Below are positions 1 through 8,462 of a DNA stretch of 32,000 nucleotides, one piece after another. The position numbers and the translations under genes are program-made. Positions within the stretch are counted from its first letter, which is position 1. Each line of letters starts with the position of its first letter. This stretch comes from Fibrobacter succinogenes subsp. succinogenes S85 (lineage in GTDB: Bacteria > Fibrobacterota > Fibrobacteria > Fibrobacterales > Fibrobacteraceae), in the NCBI RefSeq assembly GCF_000146505.1, contig NC_017448.1, forward strand, positions 3,600,001 to 3,632,000, written 5' to 3'. Under the pieces are notes generated by a model. The model worked only from the letters and a program-made list of their open reading frames with translations, was not told where the DNA came from and searched no databases.

Positions 1-342
1 GCAGAAGAAGAACACGACCTTGTTTGTACCCGGAACCTGGAACACAGCGAGTTTGAACTTCTGTGAAACAGCGCGACGGAAAAACTTGATATCTTCTTTC
101 TTCGGGATGACCTGATCGCTACCCGGCTTGATTTCGCAAATCATGTCGGCATCGGCAAGCAAAGCCTTGGACTTCTGCTGGAGAGCGAGGAAGTTCGGTT
201 CGGTGCTTTTGCGGATGTTTTCCATGTTGAACGGGCTTCTGGCCTTCAGGCCTTTGAGCGCACCACGGATAACAAAAAATAAAGCGACGACCACAACTAG
301 AATAATCAGGTAGGGCCAGTTGTTTGCTAAAAAGTCTAACAT
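1..342 (-). CDS. Hypothetical membrane-anchored protein, N-terminal part only (gene runs off the left edge)
   Basis: Absent from the ORF track because no stop lies in the window. The reverse-complement frame from ATG (342-340) is open to base 1 (114 codons): MLDFLANNWPYLIILVVVVALFFVIRGALKGLKARSPFNMENIRK...KLAVFQVPGTNKVVFFFC. It has one N-terminal hydrophobic helix and is divergent from the next gene. No family recognised. Confidence 0.55.
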   Translation of the reverse strand, partial: MLDFLANNWPYLIILVVVVALFFVIRGALKGLKARSPFNMENIRKSTEPNFLALQQKSKALLADADMICEIKPGSDQVIPKKEDIKFFRRAVSQKFKLAVFQVPGTNKVVFFFC

Positions 343-428
343 AATCACCTCAATTTGGTGCCTCAAATATAGCAATTTTTGTGAGATTCGCCAAAACCGC
401 CTGCGGATGCCTTTTGTATCTTTGATTC

Positions 429-1712
429 GTGAAATTTTTTGTGAAGACTTTTTTGTTGGCGGGAGTCGTTTCCGCTTTTGTATCTGCAAACGCTGCAGAG
501 TCGGATTCGCTGCGTGTCGATTCCGACCTGTGCAGCGATGGTGCAAAAATCGAATCGATTGAGTTTGAAGGCCTGGAACATACTAAGCCTCGTGTGGTGT
601 GGCGCGAACTTACGCACAAGGTTGGGGGCTCTTTTTCGCAGAAGACTTTTGAATCGGAGAAGCTTCGCCTCCAAGACTTGGACCTCTTTACGGATATTTA
701 CGTTTCTTGTAAAAATGGAAACGTCGTTTATAATTTCAAAGAAATCTTCCGTTGGATTCCATCGCCGGATAGCAAGACAACTGACCGCGATGGTCTTATG
801 CTTGGGCTTGCGCTTGCGAACCTGAACGTGCTTGGCGAAGACATTCGTGCCGAAGTGCACTACCGCACGGCTATTGATCCGTTTTTTGAAAATAACGAGT
901 ATGCCTTTTACGCGAGTTCGCCATATTTGTTTGGCATCCCGCTTGGCTGGAATATTGATTTTACGCGAACCGATAGCTGGGACGACCTTCGTGAATTCAA
1001 GGACGCAAGTTGGTTGTTGAGTTTGGACTTGAATTGGAAATTTGTTCCGCATTATTCGCTTTTAGGAAAGTTGACTTATCGCTATCTTGAAAAAGGACCT
1101 GGCGTGCTACCGGAATTTGGGCTTGGCTTTGCTGTGGACTACCGCGATAGCGAACTTGATACGCGTAAGGGAATTTATTTTGAAAGTGATGTGACGCATG
1201 TGGGCGTTGGCGGAAAGCGTGGCGAAAATTTTGTTGAATTCTTGGAAGATGCTCGCGCTTACTATTCGATCGGTCGTTTTGTTACGGGGGCAACAGCGCT
1301 TGTTCGTTTGCGCCCGGGCGATGTAAAACGCTATGATTATTTCTATCATGGCGGTACGAACTCTTTCCGTGGTCTTAACAGTCCGGATGCGGAGCATTTG
1401 GGCGTTCATGAAATGCTCTTGAATCTGGAAGAGCGTTTTGTGCTATTGGAACGCCGTTCGGCATCGCTGTGGGGAATTAACTTCTTTTACGGAATCCAGC
1501 TGGTGGCAGGTTTTGATGCAAGCGTGCTTTGGGACAAGGGGGCTCCTGGTTGGAAAAATTACGAAGGGGCTGTCTATGGTGGTTTGCATATCGTGATCCC
1601 TGCGCTTGACCGAATCCGTTTTGAAGTTGGCTACAGCCCCGATACGGGAAAACCGAAGTTTAGTTGGGGTATCTTGGGCAAGACGACAACGCAGCGCTGG
1701 CGGAGTAGGTAA
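429..1712 (+). CDS. Omp85/bacterial surface antigen (D15) family outer-membrane protein, small single-POTRA type
   Basis: 427 aa with a GTG start. Signal peptide MKFFVKTFLLAGVVSAFVSANA. POTRA-like segment IESIEFEGLEHTKPRVVWREL...FSQKTFESEKLRLQDL, then a long region of alternating-hydrophobic beta-strands with Gly/aromatic-rich ends (FYGIQLVAGFD..., RIRFEVGYSP), as expected for an Omp85 barrel. Confidence 0.75.
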   Translation: MKFFVKTFLLAGVVSAFVSANAAESDSLRVDSDLCSDGAKIESIEFEGLEHTKPRVVWRELTHKVGGSFSQKTFESEKLRLQDLDLFTDIYVSCKNGNVVYNFKEIFRWIPSPDSKTTDRDGLMLGLALANLNVLGEDIRAEVHYRTAIDPFFENNEYAFYASSPYLFGIPLGWNIDFTRTDSWDDLREFKDASWLLSLDLNWKFVPHYSLLGKLTYRYLEKGPGVLPEFGLGFAVDYRDSELDTRKGIYFESDVTHVGVGGKRGENFVEFLEDARAYYSIGRFVTGATALVRLRPGDVKRYDYFYHGGTNSFRGLNSPDAEHLGVHEMLLNLEERFVLLERRSASLWGINFFYGIQLVAGFDASVLWDKGAPGWKNYEGAVYGGLHIVIPALDRIRFEVGYSPDTGKPKFSWGILGKTTTQRWRSR

Positions 1713-1831
1713 TTCGGTTTTGAATATACTTTGGTAAAAAAAGACTTTACAATTTCCGAATAAATACTAAATTAGGGATTATATTTGTAATAAAAAGATA
1801 ATGAGGCTCAATGTGGGCCGACGGAGAATAA

Positions 1832-2422
1832 ATGGCAATAAACTACTTGGATCTTCCAATTGGACGCAAGTATCCTTACGAAGTGGACTGCGTCGTGGAA
1901 ATCGGCAAAGACACGAACTTGAAGTATGAATATGACGAACGCTTGCATGTGTTCCGTCTTGACCGTTGTCTTTTGAGCTCTATGAGCTACCCTTGCACGT
2001 ATGGTTTTATCCCGAGCACCAAGGCAGACGATGGTGATGCTTTGGATATGCTCATTTACAGCCCGGCATCTATGATTACGGGTACGGTTTGCACGTGCCG
2101 CGTGATTGGCGCACTTGACATGACCGATGGTGGCAAGAAGGACTACAAGGTTTTGGGCGTGCCGGTGTTTAACCCGCGTCCGTTCTGCGACATTACTGAC
2201 GTGGACCAGATGTTCCTCCGCATTACGAAGAACTTCTTCCAGAACTACAAGGAACTGGAAGGCAAGGACGTACAAATTGGTGAATGGAAGGATGCCGCTT
2301 TTGCCCGTGAAAAGGTGATTGCCGCTCACAAAGCCTACTTTCAGAACCAAGTCCAAGTGCCGGAATCCTGCTATCAGGAACCCGAACACGACGAAAAGAT
2401 AACTGCCGAAGAATTAATCTAA
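1832..2422 (+). CDS. ppa: Inorganic pyrophosphatase (family I)
   Basis: 196 aa. Motifs YPCTYGFIPSTKADDGDALDMLI (acidic metal-binding cluster), KVLGVP and FFQNYK. GGAG Shine-Dalgarno upstream of the ATG. Confidence 0.9.
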   Translation: MAINYLDLPIGRKYPYEVDCVVEIGKDTNLKYEYDERLHVFRLDRCLLSSMSYPCTYGFIPSTKADDGDALDMLIYSPASMITGTVCTCRVIGALDMTDGGKKDYKVLGVPVFNPRPFCDITDVDQMFLRITKNFFQNYKELEGKDVQIGEWKDAAFAREKVIAAHKAYFQNQVQVPESCYQEPEHDEKITAEELI

Positions 2423-2556
2423 AGGCGAGTGCTGCGACCGTGCTTGCACGGGCATTGCCGAGCCGCTGATTAAAGAACCGCGAAGCGGTACGTTGATATA
2501 AGCCGAGCGTCGCGGGAGACCGCTTGCGGGCTCACATGACCGAGGCGCAATATCTA

Positions 2557-2580
2557 GAAAAACAACGAAGTTGTTTTTTA
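2557..2580 (+). terminator. Weak AT-rich hairpin plus T-run (possible ppa terminator)
   Basis: aaaacaac-gaa-gttgtttt followed by ttatt. The stem is A/T-rich, so it is weak. Confidence 0.35.
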
Positions 2581-2624
2581 TTTATCTAAAGTCTTGGAAT
2601 TTGCTCGTTATAAAATTTATCTAT

Positions 2625-2660
2625 GGTCCTGCCTGCTTGGCGGGACCATTAATTTTTTTA
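2625..2660 (+). terminator. Rho-independent terminator
   Basis: ggtcctgcc-tgctt-ggcgggacc (9-bp GC-rich stem with one G-U pair) followed by attaattttttta. Confidence 0.65.
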
Positions 2661-2674
2661 TCAAAACGTTTGTT

Positions 2675-2714
2675 TTGTTACAAAATATTTAATATATTAT
2701 TTTTGTTGTAACAA
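2675..2714. promoter_or_regulatory. 9-bp inverted repeat (TTGTTACAA-N22-TTGTAACAA) in an AT-rich region upstream of the 2735 gene; candidate operator or promoter element
   Basis: ttgttacaa at 2675-2683 is the exact reverse complement of ttgtaacaa at 2706-2714. The AT-rich spacer lies 20 nt upstream of the ATG at 2735. Confidence 0.3.
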
Positions 2715-2734
2715 TTAAAGTATAAAGAGGTCTT

Positions 2735-3214
2735 ATGAATAAGCTTATGCTTACTTGCGCGATGTCGCTCATGCTGCTCAGCACGTCTGCTATGGCATTG
2801 ACGATTAACGTTGAACCAAAGAAGGAAGAACACTCTCGCGTAGCTCCTCCTCCGCCACCTCCTCCGGCTCCGTCGATCACTTGCAAGTTTGCAGAACCGA
2901 AGTGCGACCGTCATGACAGAATTCATGCAGAACGCTACAGCAACGATCAGAAAATGTATAGCCGTGGTGAATGCTATCGTGGTGACAAGGAACGCAAGTT
3001 TGACTTCTACTGCGACAATGGTGACGTCTGGATGCAGATTGATTACCGCCGTGACCGTGCTGACCGCATCAATTGTATGGATCCGAAGCGTGGTAAGTAT
3101 TTCGCCGCTCGTAGCATTAACGAATGCGAAGACCTTTATCGTAACTACAAGCGCCATGAACAGCCTCGCAAGAAGCACTATGAACGTGATGGTCTTCGTG
3201 GCCACCGCGAATAA
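2735..3214 (+). CDS. Small secreted Cys-rich, highly charged protein with a poly-proline tract (hypothetical)
   Basis: 159 aa. Signal peptide MNKLMLTCAMSLMLLSTSAMA. PPPPPPP tract, then a mature region rich in R/D/K/E/Y with six spaced Cys (ITC, PKC, GEC, FYC, INC, NEC). AGAGG upstream. Followed by a strong terminator. Confidence 0.7.
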   Translation: MNKLMLTCAMSLMLLSTSAMALTINVEPKKEEHSRVAPPPPPPPAPSITCKFAEPKCDRHDRIHAERYSNDQKMYSRGECYRGDKERKFDFYCDNGDVWMQIDYRRDRADRINCMDPKRGKYFAARSINECEDLYRNYKRHEQPRKKHYERDGLRGHRE

Positions 3215-3258
3215 AAACGCAAGTAAAAGATTTAGTGAGCCTTTGCTCGCTTGCTGAA

Positions 3259-3303
3259 TAAAAAAAAGCCTCTCGCTTAAAGCGGGAGGCTAAATTTTTT
3301 TTT
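3259..3303. terminator. Bidirectional rho-independent terminator between convergent genes
   Basis: A-run (3259-3267), gcctctcgc-ttaaa-gcgggaggc (3268-3290), T-run (3295-3303). Serves both the 2735 gene (+) and galE (-). Confidence 0.8.
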
Positions 3304-3308
3304 GTTGT

Positions 3309-4325
3309 TTAGCCCTTGTAACCCTTGGGGTTGTTCTTTTGCCAGTTCCAAGCGTCGCGGCACATTTCTTCGATGCCGTACTGGGCCTTCCAACCGAGTT
3401 CGTCGAATGCCTTTTGCGGATTGCAGTAGCAAGTGGCGATGTCGCCTGCGCGACGCGGCTTGATGCTGTACGGAATCTTGACGTTGTTGACTTTTTCGAA
3501 TGCTTTTACGACATCGAGCACGGAGTAGCCGTGACCTGTACCCAAGTTATAAATGGCGAGGCCGCACTTGCGTTCGATAGCCTTAAGGGCGCTCACGTGG
3601 CCAGAGGCAAGGTCGCAGACGTGGATGTAGTCACGGACGCCGGTACCATCCGGGGTGTCGTAGTCATTGCCGAACACGCCGAGTTCCTTGCGGAGTCCGA
3701 CTGCGGTCTGCGTGATGTAAGACATTAAGTTGTTTGGAATGCCGTTCGGGTCTTCGCCGATACGTCCGCTCGGATGTGCGCCAATCGGGTTGAAGTACCG
3801 GAGCAAAACGATATTCCATTCTGGGTCGGCCTTTTGCACGTCGCGGAGGACTTCTTCGAGCATGGACTTCGTCTGTCCGTAGGGGTTGGTGCATTGGCCC
3901 TTGGGGCAAGCTTCTGTAATAGGAATTTGTGCCGGGTTGCCGTAAACGGTTGCCGAAGAACTGAAAATGAGATTCTTGCAGCCGTGATTACGCATGGCGT
4001 GGAGCAACACGAAAGTGGCGTTCATGTTGTTTTCGTAGTATTCAAGTGGCTTCGCGACGGATTCACCGACAGCCTTGAGCCCTGCAAAGTGGATGCAGGC
4101 GTCAAACTTGTTTTCGCTGAAAATCTTGTCCATGGCGGCAGCGTCACGGACGTCTGCCTTGACGAACGGAATGGGGGAGCCGACAAGCTCTGCTACGCGG
4201 CGGAGCGATTCATCGCTTGAGTTTACGAGGTTATCGACGACGACAACGGAATGACCCGCTTTGTAGAGTTCGATGATGGTGTGGCTTCCGATATAACCTG
4301 CGCCACCCATAACAGCTATTTTCAT
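3309..4325 (-). CDS. galE: UDP-glucose 4-epimerase
   Basis: 338 aa from ATG at 4325: MKIAVMGGAGYIGSHT (Rossmann GxxGxxG), FSSSATVYG, YGQTK (YxxxK), VRDYIHVCDLA. The 635-aa track ORF is an open upstream extension antisense to the MscS gene. Confidence 0.9.
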   Translation of the reverse strand: MKIAVMGGAGYIGSHTIIELYKAGHSVVVVDNLVNSSDESLRRVAELVGSPIPFVKADVRDAAAMDKIFSENKFDACIHFAGLKAVGESVAKPLEYYENNMNATFVLLHAMRNHGCKNLIFSSSATVYGNPAQIPITEACPKGQCTNPYGQTKSMLEEVLRDVQKADPEWNIVLLRYFNPIGAHPSGRIGEDPNGIPNNLMSYITQTAVGLRKELGVFGNDYDTPDGTGVRDYIHVCDLASGHVSALKAIERKCGLAIYNLGTGHGYSVLDVVKAFEKVNNVKIPYSIKPRRAGDIATCYCNPQKAFDELGWKAQYGIEEMCRDAWNWQKNNPKGYKG

Positions 4326-4382
4326 GATTGCTCCAATGATAAAAGTTCGGTGCATAATATACGAAATTTTTAGATTGTAGGC

Positions 4383-5546
4383 ATGAACGATTACTATCAA
4401 TTTGCAATACTTTCTGCTGTCGTTGTGGCTGTTTATGCCTTTTTGTATTTCGTAGTGCATCCGCTTGCGAAATGGATTGCCATAAAGACTCCGAACAAGT
4501 TTGATGACTTGCTTGTGAAAAAGAAAGTGATTTCGCGTGCGCTCTTTTTTGTGCCGGTAATAATTCTGGTGCAGTCGTTCCCGTATGTGCTCGCGAAGGG
4601 CCATTGGCTTTATGAATTTTGTGAACATATCGGAAATATTTTGTTCACGGTAGCGGCGTTCTTGCTCGCGAGTGCGGTGCTCGATGTCATTGAAAGCTTG
4701 AATGAACGCAATGTGAAAATGAAGTTGCGCCCGATGCGTGGCATTTTCCAGGCGATTAAACTTGCGATGTTCTGCGTGGCGACCATCCTTGTGGCGTCGC
4801 AGATTGTGAATAAAAGCCCGGTGATTATTTTGTCGACACTTGGCGCCATGGCAACTGTCCTGTTGTTGGTTTTCAGGGACTCGATTCTTGGCTTGGTCTC
4901 TGGAATCCAGATAAACTTGTCGGACCTCTTGCGTAAGGGCGACTGGATTGAAATTGAACGCCACCATGCTGATGGCTCGGTCATTGACATTACGCTTACG
5001 TCTGTGAAAGTGCGTAACTGGGACAATACGGTTTCGGTAATTCCGGCGTATGACCTGATTACGAATTCGTTCCGCAACTGGCGTGGTATGCAGGAATCGG
5101 GCGGTCGCCGCATCAAGCGTTCGCTTTTCATTGACCAGCAGAGCATCCGCTTTTTGACGCCTGAGGAAATTGAAAAGTTCATGAAGATTGATGTGCTGCG
5201 CCCGTACTTGGAACAAAAGTTAAGTGAAATCGGTGAAGGTTCGGGTGTGTCGGAAAATGTCACTGTGACAAAGCTGAATGGCCGCCATTTGACAAACATC
5301 GGAACGTTCAGGGCTTATTGCACGGCGTATCTCCGCAGCCGTAAGACGATTGCTCAAGATATGACGCTCATGACGCGCCAGCTTGCGCCAACGCCGACCG
5401 GGCTCCCGCTTGAAATCTATGCGTTTGCCAATACGGTGGAATGGATTGAATACGAAAATATCCAGTCTGATATTTTTGATTTTCTGATTGCATCGCTCCC
5501 GGAATTTGGGCTTTCGCTGTACCAGTACGCAAACCGCGTGCCGTAA
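4383..5546 (+). CDS. Mechanosensitive ion channel family protein (MscS-like)
   Basis: 387 aa with N-terminal TM helices. MscS core LLLVFRDSILGLVSGIQINLSDLLRKGDWIEI...ADGSVIDITLTSVKVRNWDNTVSVIPAYDLITNSFRNW. Confidence 0.85.
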   Translation: MNDYYQFAILSAVVVAVYAFLYFVVHPLAKWIAIKTPNKFDDLLVKKKVISRALFFVPVIILVQSFPYVLAKGHWLYEFCEHIGNILFTVAAFLLASAVLDVIESLNERNVKMKLRPMRGIFQAIKLAMFCVATILVASQIVNKSPVIILSTLGAMATVLLLVFRDSILGLVSGIQINLSDLLRKGDWIEIERHHADGSVIDITLTSVKVRNWDNTVSVIPAYDLITNSFRNWRGMQESGGRRIKRSLFIDQQSIRFLTPEEIEKFMKIDVLRPYLEQKLSEIGEGSGVSENVTVTKLNGRHLTNIGTFRAYCTAYLRSRKTIAQDMTLMTRQLAPTPTGLPLEIYAFANTVEWIEYENIQSDIFDFLIASLPEFGLSLYQYANRVP

Positions 5547-5567
5547 TTTTTTTCTACATTCGTCAAT

Positions 5568-5831
5568 ATGGATATTAATGAATGGCGCATTCGCATTGAC
5601 GAACTTAATGATGAACTGATGTCGCTTCTCAACAAGAGGGCTACATACGCTGCTGAAATTGGGAAAATCAAGAAACAGAAAGGTTTGCCCGTTTTTGATG
5701 AAGGTCGCGAACAGTCTGTCTTGAATTTGGTTGCTGAAAAGGCCGCAAAGGCCGGTGGCCCGCTTTCTCCGGAATCGTTCCAGAATATTTTCCGTGTCAT
5801 CATGGAAGAAACTCGCAAGGTGGAAGAATAA
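5568..5831 (+). CDS. Chorismate mutase (AroQ class)
   Basis: 87 aa. WRIRIDELNDELMSLLNKRATYAAEIGKIK...REQSVL...IFRVIMEETRK is the typical AroQ three-helix pattern. TAATG overlap with the next gene. Confidence 0.85.
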   Translation: MDINEWRIRIDELNDELMSLLNKRATYAAEIGKIKKQKGLPVFDEGREQSVLNLVAEKAAKAGGPLSPESFQNIFRVIMEETRKVEE

Positions 5832-7021
5832 TGGTTGCCCGCATTACTATGGTGGGGTTTGGCCTCTTGGCAAGCTCGATTGCTGCTGCCATCAAACAGG
5901 CTAAGCTCCCGACGAAGATTCGTGCCGTGAGTTCACCTGCAACGCTCAAACGTGCTCGTGAACTTGAACTTGCCGATGAATTTTTTGAATACGACGAGAC
6001 TGAAAAGTGGGCGAAGGATAGCGACCTGATTTTGCTCTGTGCGCCGATCCTCCACATTTTAAAGATGATTGATGCGCTCGGTAAAGTTTCGTGGGCAGGT
6101 GCAAATGCCGCTGCTGACCGAGAAATTTTGGTGAGCGATATCGGTTCGACAAAGGTTGAAATTTGCAAGGCGGGCGTTCGCTTGCCCTCGCCGTTCCGCT
6201 TTGTCGGTAGCCATCCGATGGCGGGTTCCGAAAAGCGTACTTGCGAGTACAACGATCCTGCGATTTTTGAAAATGCGTACTGGTTTGTCTGTCCGCCGGA
6301 TGGAACGCCTGAATCTGTTTATGCCCCGCTTCTGGAAATTATCCGCTTTGTGGGTGCAAATCCTGTCGTGTTCCCGCCGGAACATCACGACCGCACGATG
6401 GCATGGGTGAGTCACATGCCGCAGATGCTGAGCTCGACGCTTGCCGGGAACTTGCCGGAACGCTTGCTCAAGCACAACTACCAGCATTTTGCAGGCCGCG
6501 CTTTCCGCGACATGACGCGTATTGCCGCCTCGGGCTGGGGAATGTGGCACGATATCGCCGTGACGAATCGCGACGAGACAACTCGTGCGCTTTGCGAAGT
6601 CCGCGATGGCCTCGACAAGACGATTGCGGCGATGAACGGACTCAACGTCGTGAAGGACGGTAAGCCTGCTTCGGGTGATTTTGAAAATGACGAGCATAGC
6701 GTGATTGCCGATAATTCGCAGGCGCTTGCCGATATTTTCAAGGCGGGTAACGATGGCCGTGCGAGCTTGTTTGCTCCGGGTCGCAATAATACCAACTCGT
6801 TCTACGAAATTACGGTCCAGCTCAAGGATAAGCCGGGCGCTCTGTTGAGCGTGATGCAGCCGCTTGCTGAAGAAGGCATCAACATTCGCGACATAGAACT
6901 CATGAAGGTCCGCGAAAATGTGGCGGGTACGCTTTTGCTTGCGTTCAAGACTCAAGAAGAAGCGGCGCGTGCCGTGAAGACGCTTCAATATTTGGAATAC
7001 GAAGTTAAAGAAAGACGTTAA
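5831..7021 (+). CDS. tyrA: Prephenate dehydrogenase with C-terminal ACT domain
   Basis: 396 aa. N-terminal Rossmann MVGFGLLASS, GSHPMAGSEK motif, C-terminal ACT-like YEITVQLKDKPGALLSVMQPLAEEGINIRDIEL. Confidence 0.85.
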   Translation: MVARITMVGFGLLASSIAAAIKQAKLPTKIRAVSSPATLKRARELELADEFFEYDETEKWAKDSDLILLCAPILHILKMIDALGKVSWAGANAAADREILVSDIGSTKVEICKAGVRLPSPFRFVGSHPMAGSEKRTCEYNDPAIFENAYWFVCPPDGTPESVYAPLLEIIRFVGANPVVFPPEHHDRTMAWVSHMPQMLSSTLAGNLPERLLKHNYQHFAGRAFRDMTRIAASGWGMWHDIAVTNRDETTRALCEVRDGLDKTIAAMNGLNVVKDGKPASGDFENDEHSVIADNSQALADIFKAGNDGRASLFAPGRNNTNSFYEITVQLKDKPGALLSVMQPLAEEGINIRDIELMKVRENVAGTLLLAFKTQEEAARAVKTLQYLEYEVKERR

Positions 7022-7040
7022 TTTGCTTAAGGAATAGACG

Positions 7041-8408
7041 ATGGAATTCTTGATGAATCCCGACCGTGAACGGATGAATTTGACGTTGGTGATGGCGCTT
7101 TTGGTGAATGGCCGCACCGTGTTGGAAAATTTTGCGTGGGCAAGTGGTAGTGAAAAGTATGCCGAGGCGCTGAAAGATTTTGGTCTCACTTATGAATTGC
7201 AAGGGCATCAGCTTGTCTTGAATGGCAAGGGGTTCCAGTACTCTATTCCGACCATGCTTCCGTTCAAGTTCAACGAAGCTGATAACGTGATGCTTTGGAC
7301 GCTCGCAAGCAAGGACGATGAACAGCTTTACACGTTTGCCGCTGAAGTCGATGATGCGGGAATTGCCCGCGTGAATACGGCGAAAGAAACGCTCCAGAAG
7401 TATTTCAAGATCAAGGTGCAAAAAGATGAACCGGCAAAATTTGTCTTTAACTTTTTGCGCGACGAACTAAACGTCAAGAAGGATTCTCTCGGAAACGTCT
7501 CGTCTGTGATGCGCAACAGGCTTTTGCTCCGTGCGCTTATCCGCAATGACTATTTGAATTTTGAAGAAAAGTCTACGGTGCATGACCAGTGGACGAAAAT
7601 GCTCATTTACTTTGGTGCGGCTGTGAAATATGAAGGCCGTGGCATGGAACAGTTGAGCGAATTTGAACGCCGCTTGATGATTGCTCAGGGCAAGAAGATT
7701 GAACGTACGCAGTTCACGGAACTTTCGGAAACGAAGGTGATTACTGCGCGTGAATACTATGTGCCGGGTGATACGACGGAAGCGACTGCATTTGCGGTAC
7801 TCGCGACTGTCGGGAACATGCCGAAGGACAACGTCATCAAGCTTTTGAACGTGGACTTGAACAGCAGTCGTGCGGGTGCGCTCACATGCCTCAAGCGCAT
7901 GGGTGCAAACGTTGAAACGGTGAGCCGTCGTGAAAAGTATGGTGACGTTTTTGGCGATGTTGAAATCAAACCGCTCGCTTCTGGAAAGCGTTTGCAGGGT
8001 CGCCGCTTTAGCGAAGACGTGATTGCGACGGCGCTTGAAGAATACCCGCTGTTGGCTGTGGCGGCTTGCTACGGCGAAGGCGAAACGATTTTGCGCGTGC
8101 CCAAGGAAGTCCGCAAGGAAATGCGCCCCAAGAATGAATTTCTGGCGGTGAACTTGCGCAAGACGGGGGCCGAAGTTGGCGTGTACGACGATGGCCTTGT
8201 GATTCGCGGCCTTGAAACGATTGTGAACGGTAGCGATTTTGACGGTGGCGATTCGGCGCAGATGGGGCTTGCCTTGAGCGTGTTGTCGCTTGCGCTCCAG
8301 AACGATGAACCTGTTGAAAATATGGACAAGGTTGAAGCGATGTTCCCGGGTGTTGTCGACAAGCTCAAGAATGTGCTTGTGGCAGAAAACGCTGAGAAGA
8401 AGGAATAG
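7041..8408 (+). CDS. EPSP synthase-fold (AroA-like) protein, strongly divergent at canonical ligand-binding positions
   Basis: 455 aa. Collinear with AroA by eye (VPGDTTEATAFAVLA ~ VEGDASSASYFLAAA; CLKRMGANV ~ VLEKMGATI; NLRKTGAEV ~ ELRKVGAEV). Lys22, Arg27, GNAGTAMR, Gln171, KExDR and DHR positions are substituted (see finding). Confidence 0.7.
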   Translation: MEFLMNPDRERMNLTLVMALLVNGRTVLENFAWASGSEKYAEALKDFGLTYELQGHQLVLNGKGFQYSIPTMLPFKFNEADNVMLWTLASKDDEQLYTFAAEVDDAGIARVNTAKETLQKYFKIKVQKDEPAKFVFNFLRDELNVKKDSLGNVSSVMRNRLLLRALIRNDYLNFEEKSTVHDQWTKMLIYFGAAVKYEGRGMEQLSEFERRLMIAQGKKIERTQFTELSETKVITAREYYVPGDTTEATAFAVLATVGNMPKDNVIKLLNVDLNSSRAGALTCLKRMGANVETVSRREKYGDVFGDVEIKPLASGKRLQGRRFSEDVIATALEEYPLLAVAACYGEGETILRVPKEVRKEMRPKNEFLAVNLRKTGAEVGVYDDGLVIRGLETIVNGSDFDGGDSAQMGLALSVLSLALQNDEPVENMDKVEAMFPGVVDKLKNVLVAENAEKKE

Positions 8409-8462
8409 GTGGTTAGGCTGACGCCGGGAACAAACGCAACGGTGAAATCGCGAAACTTGAGG

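Noticed and set aside
4326-5216. N-terminal 297-aa extension of the 635-aa track ORF 3309..5216 (-)
   Set aside because: The extension is His/Arg/Asn-rich low-complexity sequence antisense to the well-supported MscS-family gene. GalE starts with a canonical MKIAVMGGAGYIGSH at ATG 4325, giving the normal 338 aa.
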